From Tubiluchus corallicola (Eukaryota; Animalia; Priapulida), in NCBI GenBank assembly GCA_030141605.1, contig JAQGDQ010000080.1, positions 641,756 through 705,755 of the forward strand: a DNA stretch of 64,000 bases, given 5' to 3'. The stretch's first letter is position 1. Every line of letters begins with the position of its first letter. The position numbers were made by a program, and so were the translations under genes. This document shows, piece after piece, positions 13,001 to 25,000 of this stretch. Under the pieces are notes generated by a model. That model worked only from the letters and a program-made list of their open reading frames with translations. It was not told the DNA's origin and did no database searches.

Positions 13001-16000
13001 TATTGAAGTCCCAGAATCATTAAAGCAAAGCGAGTAAACAGCATCAGTATGTCCCTTCAGTTCTTTGTACAATGTTCCTCCAGCAATGTCCCATAAGCGT
13101 ATCCGCCTGTCTTCCCCTATATTCAAACATTCCCATAAAAGAGTTGCAAAAATTTACATGCAAATGCTTACAAAATGGATCTGCTCAAGTTACTATTCAA
13201 TATTTAATTTATCAGATTACCTTCTCTTCGTATCTCTGAGAAATTCCAATGAATTAAATGAATGAAATTTTTAAATATGCAATCCATAAGTTAGCACTAG
13301 CAAGCTGAGAAAGAACATAGGTGCATGCCGAAAATTATGTTGGTACGAGACCATGTTTTGGTTGGTTTCTTACAAGTTCAAATGCATAAATAATACAAAC
13401 ATTTATTAAGCTTACAAAATAGAATTTAGCCAAGCTAACAAGCACTAAAAATAGGCAATAGTTGTGTATTTACCTGCAGAGGCGAGATATTTCCCATCAG
13501 GGCTAAATGCCAAGGCAAATACAGAGCCTTGATGGCCACGAAAAACTCTAGCAAGTTTGGCATCTTGGACATTCCACAATCTCACTGTCTTATCAGATGA
13601 ACCCGTCGCAATGTAGTTTGAATTGGGATGAAACTTCACAGACTAAAGAAAAAAGCTATTGCTATAAACAAACTGCAATTTGTCAAACTTTCTTTAGCTA
13701 TCATAATTAATAACAAACAAAATGTCAATCATTCTCAGTCAAGCTCTGCTGACTGCCCAATCAGCGTGCATACGCTCACAGAACCGGTTCGTTGCCTCAT
13801 CTTTCAGGACAATAAAGGACATGAGCTGCAACTATGTATTGCCGGTACATATTATACTTTATGAAAAATACCCAACTTTTCATTAGTTCGCGGGAGAGAA
13901 ACCAGCCTGGTTTTAGATATTATTACAGACTGTCAATTGTCTGTATTGTCGATTGAAATTTCAGGTGAATTAGTGAAAATATATAATCTAATTTCGTTTT
14001 TACAGGAAGAAATGCGCAACGCTTACATCAATGAGTTACTGATTTTCTTATTAATAAAATACGCAGTTTAGTTAATGCATGACCTTGCAAGCTAGATAAA
14101 GACAACTATTTGATTAACTTTAAAAAAGGACAAATTAACTTAATGAGGTTAAGCCGATCATATGATGCTGCTTTAAATTAATGATCGCAAACGTAAAATG
14201 GTGACAATTTAATTTAGGTGACAATAAAATTTATAACATTATATTGAAGCCCGAGTTAGCAGGTATAAATGATTCAGAGTTAATGCGTATGTAAAAATTG
14301 CTTCAAAGTAGGTTTACGTACGTAGGTAATAGGAATGGCTAGTTTGTAATAGTTGAGGCCTAGCATCAGAAATGAACTCATCCATGGGAATCTGTGACAA
14401 ATTTCAGGATTATTTGGTAGGTGAGCGCACTCATAGAAATCCACATTCAGGCAAAATGTTTTCAGAAATTTTCAGGCAAAATGTTTTCTTTCCTGGTCAG
14501 TTTTTATAAACCTCAATAAGATCTTTACTGTCCAAATCAATTCAAATGTGGTCAAAATTTATGTTATATATCAATGCAATATTTGTATCTGGAAATAATC
14601 AATTTTATGCTATTTTTCTGGTTATAATCATAGTTAAATATGGAATTGGGACTTACAAGTTATGTAACTTGGGCAAGATTGCCTACGGAATTTAACAATC
14701 AAATTGGTAAAGGCAAAGGCAAAGAGACTTTCATAAATATATTTTGTTGCTCATTTGTCTTAAAGCTATGTTTTACTGGCTTAGTTCCTTTATAATAACA
14801 ACCTGACTAGGTATTGCATTGCTTTGTATTAGGATGACTTTTTTTGCCTACTTAATGTTTTAATTTCTTGTTAAAATAGCTGCTGCTTTGCAAATTTTGA
14901 GAATGAAAAAGCACAATTAGTACGTCCGCTGATCTGATTAGACATTAGTTGTCATGTTGTTTACTAAAGAAAGTCGTTAATCAGCAGGAGCTGATGTCCT
15001 GAATGCCACTCAGAATGCTTACGTCACAATTGAGGCAGAGCGATAGACTAATATGCTAGACATCAATTGCAGTTGATAACGTTCTTTTACAACTTAGCAA
15101 TCTACAAGCTACCATATATCACTCAGAAGCGGGGCTTACTTAATGTGAATGGGTATTACTGGTTGAGGCAAGAGCAGGATGTAACTAATTATCAAAGATA
15201 ATACTCTGGGATAAGGCTCGAATCTCAAGATGACGTACCAAACAGACGTGTCTGAATTGTGTTCAGATATGTGAATCAGGGAAAATATCCACTCGTATCA
15301 AGATAAAACGACAGCTGTAGTACAGTAATTTTTCAAATGTAACTGCCAGAAACAGTTTTCCTGCCAGTCATATCTGTATTTACAGATACTAAGTTGATAA
15401 ACCAACTATTTAATATAGTTGCAACATAATTAAATTATGAAATTATGAATGAAATATTTACACATGTTAAACTGTTATATAATTACTTAAAAAAACTCAA
15501 GTAATTTAGAAGCTGATAACAAACAGCTTACATCGACATCACCGCCATGGCCAGCATAAATTCTTAATGGATATATCCTATCTATTGTCCACAATCGAGC
15601 TGTAGAATCTTTGGAACCAGTAGAGAAATAGAGACTGAGTGGTCCAACATCTAATGCCCAGATTGGATAATTATGTCCTCTATATACAGCCAAGTTTGTG
15701 CATGTCTTCATGCTCCACAGTCGCACTAAAAAGAAAGCACTAAGTTTTAATATATAAACAAACCACATATCAAAAACGAAAACGTAGAAAAACATGAAGC
15801 TTGTATATACAAACTAAACTAATTTAAAAAATTAGTGAATATTTTTACAGCAGGATAGTAATTTTACCAATATCACGGATGGTTCTCATTTGCAAATTTA
15901 TCAAAGCTTTTTAATCCATTTACTTTTAAACAGTACGTTCAAAAATAGCACCTGTTCTGTCAGCAGATGCAGACATAATAAATTCTGAGGTGTGACTGAA

Positions 16001-19000
16001 CTGCACTTTGTAAACAGGTCCAGAATGTCCTCGCAATACAACCATTTCACTAGATAACCTAAAAAATGAAAGGCACACTCTTCTTGCAATTGGTATGGAA
16101 TAGTTGGTCTTATTAGCCAAATTTCATTTTATATTTAATCAAAGCAAGTTATTAAACAAAAACATACAGAGCAAGTATTAGACTAATGTAGTGAAATTAT
16201 TTAAATTTTGAATCATTTATTAAGTTGCTATAATAATATATTCATCACATAAAATTTTGATGCTTGCCTTTCAGAATGTTCCTCTTCATTAACTATATCA
16301 CAGCCTAAAGTAATTTTACTTGCATCTGGACTGCTAGATTCCACCTTTAATTTACTAGAAGTTAAATTCCACAACCGCATGACCGAGTTGCCATAACCAC
16401 AAGCTAAATGAGAAGCTGTACTTGATATACAAGCTGTGGTCAAACTGAAAATAAGAAAAAGAGAAAGTGAATACAATGACACTCAACAGTTTACTTGCTG
16501 ACAATAAAGAATTGAGAAGATGAGTCTACTAAGGAATTAACCATTATAACGTTACTCAAACTACAGTACACTCTTCTTTTACAGGCACATTAATTATGCT
16601 GCACATTGTCCATGCACTACTTACTACTCTGTCGCATTAATTTCATACTTTTGCAGCATAATTCTGAACCCTTCTAAAAGCATTCAACCGAAAGCACCAA
16701 GAACACGCTTGCAGCCATTTTTACATAAAACAGCCATTACCCAAAATTTTGATTATTCATACTTTCAGTTATCCACACACAATGAGCCAAGGGCTAGCAC
16801 TAATATTAAGGAATACAGTGGATATGGTCTTGCAATAAACTAGAAAAATCTACATTTAAAAATGGAGTAACGAGAATTACATTCAGAAAAGCTCTAAACA
16901 ACATTGTTCATTATTACAAATTAAAGTCTGTCATCATATTCTCACCTATCGAAAGAATTGTGGCATGTATATAAGCATATTGAAGGCAATGGAAGAGGAC
17001 CAGCTCTTACAGCAGCAATACTTTGATTAAGCGATGACAACGAGACATCTTGCATGGAACTACATGAAGCAGAAGTTGACTGTGGTAGACTACCAAATAA
17101 TGTCGTAGATTCACCATTCCGAAGACGAGCATGCTTCTTAGAAGATACATCTTTCACTGTTAAAAAATAATTGTCCAGTGAGATTCGATTACTCATTATG
17201 GCACACTTAATTTGTGGTGCTTTAATGTAACAATATGCATTAGTTTGGTTAAACACAAAGACAAGATTTATTTACAGTCGGTCATTTAACAGACAACACT
17301 AGCACAAATGGCTATTTAGTGATTTACACTTACAACAATACAGGCACAGGCGCAACACACAAATGACACACAACACGTAAGGTATATACCCTGGTGTTGG
17401 CCGAAGCTAGTATCGAACTCAGTACTGCCTGGCTGCAATCCGAAATTTAAACCACTCGGCCTGGACAAAACGCATAAGACAAAATCTGGCTTCACTAACT
17501 CTTTCGGTCATTCAACAATTCATGATGTGTGACAGCTTCAAATTTATACTTAACCTCAACTGATGTAGTTGAAGTCTGTGTGTCTGTACTAACTGCACCG
17601 GAGAATGTAACATGGTGAATGCTCCACAGGCATAGGTGTGAGATTACCATCGCGTTTGAAAGAGCTTAATTATAACTGTACGTTCATGTGCAAAAATACT
17701 ATATTAAATTTCATCTTGGGCTTGACAACAAAATCCATCACGCTTCAAATGTCTGCCACCAGCCTCGAGTTAACTTAAATGCAAAATTTAATCAAAGCTG
17801 CAGCCCTTGCTGTGAGGAGACAGAACCTATTTCATAAGTCTAGGACAATCCTCTAAGATGAGATACTTTTAATTATTATATGAGTTGTTCGAATATTCTC
17901 TACACCTAAGGGTTGTTAATGACACAATTGATCAGAGAACACTGACAGTGAACTATATTATTTTCTTTTACACAGTTCTTCATTGGATTATACTTTTCTA
18001 ATTTGCTTGCATAACAAACCAAAAAATTTCAGTGGTCCTACCAAACTTAACACATATTACTTAGTTGTACCAGTGTTATCTTCTGCATGTATAGTTTACA
18101 AATGATCGATAATAAGCTATTGCCAATGATTTATGTCATTTTCTCTATTCAGAATTTTTAAGCGGTCATCTAACGTCCTGTATGATAAATACTATATATG
18201 AAGGCCTACTTGAAGTAATCTAAATTAAGTGCTTTTAAAGTGGCTTGTTTAAGTTGATATCTCATTTATTTCCTGTTATTGATCCTATAAAAATGGTGAT
18301 TTATTTGACTGTTTGCAACAGAATCTTATATAGAATGTTGGGAGATTTTTTTCAGTTCCGTAATTAGATGCTGGGCCGATAATGAATAATGTATCTTTTA
18401 AGAAGCTTGTACTTGCTTTAAGAAGTTATTTAAGTCGGTATAATCATTATAATTTATTTTAACATCCTCATTAATACAACATGGCACCACACTCAGCAGA
18501 AGGGCTCGAAATCTATCCTCTTCCCTTCTCCCCACAACATCCACTGCTTTGTCGACTGGTGTTAGCTAAGCGTCCAAATACTAAGAAGCAATTTTTATTT
18601 ATGTTTAAATAGTATTCAAATCTATAACCTGCAAATGACAGTTGTAAAAATAAAATTATCTAAATCTAAATCTAAATGTAAGAAAATCTGGCAAAGAAAA
18701 ATTAAGCAATCTGGTTACGGTGTAGCAATTAAATAGTATAATTTGCCATTTGTATTTTTTATCAGATATGGTTTGTAAGTTTTATACATATGTTGGAGAA
18801 TTTATTCTATTACTTTCTAAATTTGCTATCTTACTTACCATTTAATTGCATATGAAGATTAAATATCTGTAGAAGCAAAGCATTGTCCTCACACTAAAAG
18901 AAATAAGCCCTAACACCATTAAATAAAAATGACAAATTTTATGAAGAAACATAATATATAAAGATGCATTCTTTATTACACAAATAACATACTAGCTAAT

Positions 19001-22000
19001 AATTACCATTATTATAACTTTAGATACACATTTTAGAACTGTATAATATATCTAATTTAAATGAAAGAAGGTAACTATGTATCAAATAACAAAACATTAC
19101 AAATAAAAACAATTTAATTTTTGTAACTGCAGTTCTACAATATATCATAGTAGTATAAAAAGCACTGACTTTACTATATTTAAAAAGTTCACTAACCTTT
19201 AAATGGTGAAGGAGATACTCTAATGCATTTTCTGACACAGTGATAGAATATTTATTTTTCCTGGAACATTAATGTGTTTTAGACACAACATGTACTACAA
19301 ATAATGTGGATTAAAAGCTCTGCATCTGTATCCCATTATCTTCTTTTGAAAAATTGTCAAACTAAAATCTTAAAATTACAATTAAAAGAGCATTGAGGTC
19401 TTTTTAGAAGTATGTGTTTTTGTGATGTGTCCATATCATACTATAACCTGCCATGTGCAACTCAGTCCATGAACTCACTGTTTGGCCCACTTCTAGTTGG
19501 CTAATGACATCACATGAATCATAAGCAGCATCAACATACTGTTTCACGCTCAGCAAAAGTATTAAACTGCTATGCAGCAGAAACTTATAAAATTAGTACA
19601 ATTGATTTTTAACAAAGTAAAGTTTGTCAGAATAATGTAAATCTATATCTAGCACTAGAAAATCTTTTTCCGACATCAATTTTTAATTCCTTAAGCGTCT
19701 GTGAACGATTTTAGACACTTAGGAATACCTTTTTCAGCTTTTTTTCAAATGTGTAACTATTTTCTGAGACAAGAAAGATTGCTTTAAACATTGTCTATAA
19801 TAAGTCTATTAAACTAAAATTAAAATTTGGCTACCCTATAATTTAATTTAAACTCATCTGTTATTTGTCAAAGGCTTGCCATATCGCAACTTAACTTTCA
19901 GTCTCCAACTGGATGCAAGTTCCCAGGTTAAGCAACTTTATTAGCCAAAAGCTTTGTGTAGGTCACAGAATAAAAAGAGTTACCCGCAAGTCTTTATGCT
20001 GTGGTGCAGGTGTTATTACGACAGGTAAGTGCAGGCGTGCACGCCTACTCTATGTAATGCATTCTCAGACAAATTTTTTTCGCATTGTTTAGCACTATGG
20101 ATGGTGATTCTGTTTTGGGCAAAGGGAGGAGAAGTTCCATCTTACTACAATTGCATTTTGTGAGACATTTACGATGGGGTCAACTTTCTCATTTGCAATT
20201 AAGGTTAATCATTAAACATTATAGGGGATACAAGGCACTCAAGGATACATTGAAAAACAGAACCAATGAAAACAAATTAATTAATATGTGCCATAGATAA
20301 TAGATTATTTGTTTACTGTGAAGTAAATAATATTTCTGTATTAAATTATTATAACAAAGCAAGACACCCACCATCTAAAAAAATGTCTGTAATTATTGGT
20401 AAAACTGTTCATTGGGCACATTGTCCCTAGCTGCTTTAAACCTTGCACTCGACAATTTGCTCATAAGACTTCAGTGAATGAACTGCAGAAAGCTACATCC
20501 CATGAGTATATTTATGACCTTCTCTCTTATCTGATTTGAGATTATTACTAGTACTACATAGAAAGGAGCTCATGTGCCAAAGAATTTTTTGAGTTTCCAG
20601 TAATCTGTTGACCTATAGATGACTAAGAAAATAAAAACAGTTACACAAAACAGTAAGTGTTTTAGCATTTGGTTTGGCTGGCAATTGTGAAAGTAGATCA
20701 GTGTCATGCACAATATTAAACCGGACGTGCATGGAGCATCAGTAAAATAAAGCCAAGCAAAATCAATAATTAGTCTTGGGGTATCATAAGTAGTTTTTAC
20801 ATGTACTTACTAAAAAAACCTCAACGCTCCTTTAAACTTAAATTAGATTAATGAAAAATGAGAATTACTTATTAAATTAAATTATATGGGTTAAGTAACA
20901 TATAACAGTTGAAACTTATGAGATATTATTTTTTATGTTACAGGAGCTTTTTGTGTCAAATACTTATAAGTGTACAGTGTTCCCTCACTTATTGCGGGTG
21001 TTCCGTCCCAGGCCCACCCACGATAAGTGAATTTCCTCGAAGTAGGGACGCTATACTTATTTTAGTAGTTATACATTATCTTAAGTCTTTATAAACCCTC
21101 CCCATACTCTCAAACCCGCAAGTGTACAATCCCAAGTCGGCAAGTAGCATCTCAAGCGGGTGCAAGTACTACATTTCGTTTTTGGTGTGTATTCATCCGC
21201 CGAATAAATACACTATTTACTGTAAATGGTAATTTTTTATGATTTATAATATTCTTTTAATGTTAGAATTAATATTTTTAATATGTTTTTATACATTTTG
21301 TGATTTTTTTCATGCGAAAATACTTTAGACGGAGTACCGCAAAAACCCGCGAAACAGCGAAAATACCGCGATAAACGAACCGCGAAGTAGCGAGGGAACA
21401 CTGTACGTGCATTTACCAATAAGTACTGAAATCCAGGACACATGCATGCTAACTACTAATTACTAAAAAAAACACAGAAATGACAACTGTGGTAATAGTA
21501 AGACTAAAGTAATTAAGAGTATGCTTACTTGAAAGAACTAATCTCCTCATTCTGATTAAGCTCGTTGATATTTGTAGTGACAGCAAGAGCAGAAATCACC
21601 ACTTTACACGAATCGTCTTCATTAAACAATGTATGATGACGTGCATAAAACTTCTGGGCTGAAATTAGAAATATTCAAATTTTTGTAAGTAATAGCTGAA
21701 ATTGGTGCCATTTCCTACTTGAATTATGAAATCAAACAGTCTATAATTTTACATTTTCATTCCTAATGGCCGATAACTAAATGTGAAAATCATTAATGCT
21801 AGATATCATAATAACGACAGTAATACACTACTAGTATGATCACATAAGATCTACACATTACATCTATGCATTTAACTCAATTTTTTTTCATGCCTAAATC
21901 TGTCAAGCTCGTTACTGCACTTATCCCATACAATTACCTGCAAAAGCTACTCAAGGCTATAACTAAGTAGGTGCATGAATTGAAACTGCACAGTTACTAC

Positions 22001-25000
22001 TAATCAGTTATTACTTTGTGAGCTATGTGTAAAAGGAAAAAAATGGGTAATTCAATATGAACTACAAATATAGGATTTCGTAAAATGTAAGACAGTCTTT
22101 AAATTTATTTTCCAACAATGCTAAGGTAAAAATTATAAACAATGAACATTTGCATTATTTTTGAGTAACAACAAATTTAGCAAATAGATGCTCCTTTAGA
22201 ATTACATGACAAAGGCATGGTAATATCATACATTAGACATATACTTGCTAAACTTTATAGTTCTGTGACTTAATCAGTATCATTGAAATAATTATTCGTG
22301 ATATCAAAAGTAACGTTATTATGCAAGGGCCGCATTATCTTGTTGAGATAAAATCTGAATTAGCACTGTTTTACTATTTAGTTCAGTTTTGTTCTCACAT
22401 GTGGTTAAAATGCAGCTTTTTCAATAGCTAATTTACCTTGCATATATTTTTATGTGCAACACATAAAGCACAATGTTTTTATTGCTCTAAATTTAGCAAA
22501 GAACCTCATAATGACTGAGAATTTCTGAGTAGGAAAAATATCAGAAATTTACCAGTGCAATATAAGTACAAAACATACAGAAAAACAAGCATACATTACA
22601 TTGTAACAAACAGAAAAATAAGTTTAAACAATAACTGTAACGCTGCATAAAGTACGAAATAATTGTAGCATCTAGAGTTTACAGATCAAGCCTAAATCTA
22701 AAACGAATGATTTAAGATATAGTATTAACAAACTATAGATTGGGACAATAGTAACTGGCTCAATATTACTAGGACTACTTGTGATTTATTGCCTAAAATC
22801 AATGAAGATTTGAAAATTGTAGGCATACTAGGAAACTATTATACAATAGACTACTAACAGCTATCTCCTACCACTAAAAATTCGACTTCTTTGGACATTT
22901 ATTCATAGTTTCACCTTTCTGTTCATTAAGGCTCTGCTTACCTTCGAATTGCTCGGAGCAATCATTTCTGCATAAAAGTGAACAAAAATAACCAAGTAAT
23001 TTATCATTCTCATATTGGTACAGCAAATCATATTTACCTGGAATTTTCTGACCATTCGCTACTAGTTGTAAATACAAATGTATAAACATTGGATAAAGAA
23101 CCTCAACCAGTTCTGTACGGAATGGCTCCACAGCATCACTGATGAAATTTTTCAATCTGTGTAAACATAATATATAGTTAAAAACAACCTAAACACAAAA
23201 ACTATAAAACTGCATTATGCGCTATCTTACATTAATGCCCCAGAAAAGCCATTGGTTAACCAGTTTGCACCCAATTTACATTTGTAAATGAAATCTATAC
23301 TGAAATTTTTTATACAAGGTCTAGACTCAGTTCTTACAGTAAGACGAAATGGTATATTCTTGGCCCCTTTTGGCAATAAAACCAAAATATATATTGAAAG
23401 CAATAAAAAAACGATGTCATATAAGGAATGAACATTTCCAACTTTTATTAAGCAAATGCGAAATGTCTTGTAATAAATTCGCTTGTTTTTAATGTACTCT
23501 ACTAATAATGACATGGTTATTACTATTGTTTGCAGTGCATCACAAAAAAGAAACATGTAAGAATGGGTGAAATTTGTAATCTAGTTGAATGAACTTCGTA
23601 ACGATGGACTAGTTTCATAACCTACTGATTATACAATCCTTAAAGAATTATGTAATAGTAATGTGCACTTTTCCACACTACAGATTGCCATACTGAAGGT
23701 ACTAATAGTTGCACTATCTGATCGGTGCACACTCAAGGAACTCATAAGCAGGGCTGGATTAAAAAACTCATTTTAAAAAAGGAGGCCAGGAAATCTGAAA
23801 GCACAATTTTAAAGTGGCTTCTCATTTGAAATATTAAAAGGATTCTTGTTTGAGTCCTTTTATTTGAGACACAAAGTACCTTTTATTCAAGGTAACAGCC
23901 CATCTCTAAAGCCCTTTATTTGAAATTTGGTGACTCCAGCTACACAGATGTTCCTAAAATATATCTATCACAAGTAAAAAATATTCAAGACGAATGCGAG
24001 CAAATTAGAGGGTGGCTCCATTTGAGGGAAGCCCCATAATTTCATTAACCTAGTGGCCCTAAAAGATCATAATTTGGCCCTGTTTATAAGTGTGAATTTT
24101 CTATAAAATACACTTAATGTAAAAAGCAAATTTTAGTCTGTTATTAGCATTATACCACTTACCTAGAGAATTGTTGATCACTTTGAGTAGCATCCCCACT
24201 AATACTACTATATGAAATGAGACTAGTTTCTCCTGTATTGCTTTGTACACTACCATGAATAGCCATCTGTTCCTTGTTGTGGTGCAATATCATATCCTTT
24301 CTTGTGTAGTAATCAGTGCTTTTGTCCTAAAAATACAAAATGTAATGCAGGTCTAGATAAAAACTGCTTATAAGTACAATTACGCATCATTATCCAATAT
24401 TTTTTGTAGAATATGATACTGCCTTTTTATAACCTAAAATCATTTCTGGTTTTGTACTCAAATCTTAAGTTCCATTTGGCCTTTCGGGCATTGCTTTTTG
24501 GGCCTTTTGTCAACTCTACATGGACCATATTTTCATTTTTTTGTTTGCCCATGTTTTTAACTACTTAGTAACTCGACATTAATTAAAAGCATTTGTTTGC
24601 AAGCAGAACATTGCATAACTGTATCATAATGTTTACAACTCAGCATCAGTCAGCTGATGGCTAGCAGAGTATTACATCATGATTTAGAACTTATCGAATT
24701 TACATATAAACATATTTTGTTTTTTCACAACCTACAGTATACAGAAAAAGCCTGAGTGATGTACCTTGAGACATTTACAGTCAGATATCCACATTTTAAT
24801 AGTGACAGTGCATGAACTGCAATCTAGCGATACAAATGTTAAACTAACATTTACTGAATTGATTTGTACCTTTTAAAAATTTCTGTGTATATCTAAAATA
24901 GTTTTATTTTGGCCAAGATTAAAAAGTAAGTTACCATGTAATAAAGTACAAATTTAGAATATACTACACATTGTATATTCGTGACACGTCATAACAGCTA

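Noticed and set aside
17395-17465. Functional tRNA-Cys gene
   Set aside because: Acceptor and anticodon stems pair poorly and the sequence continues into a SINE-like body.
23227-23556. 109-aa minus-strand ORF and similar short ORFs in the track
   Set aside because: Intronic AT-rich sequence with no recognisable homology or phase-compatible splice sites.
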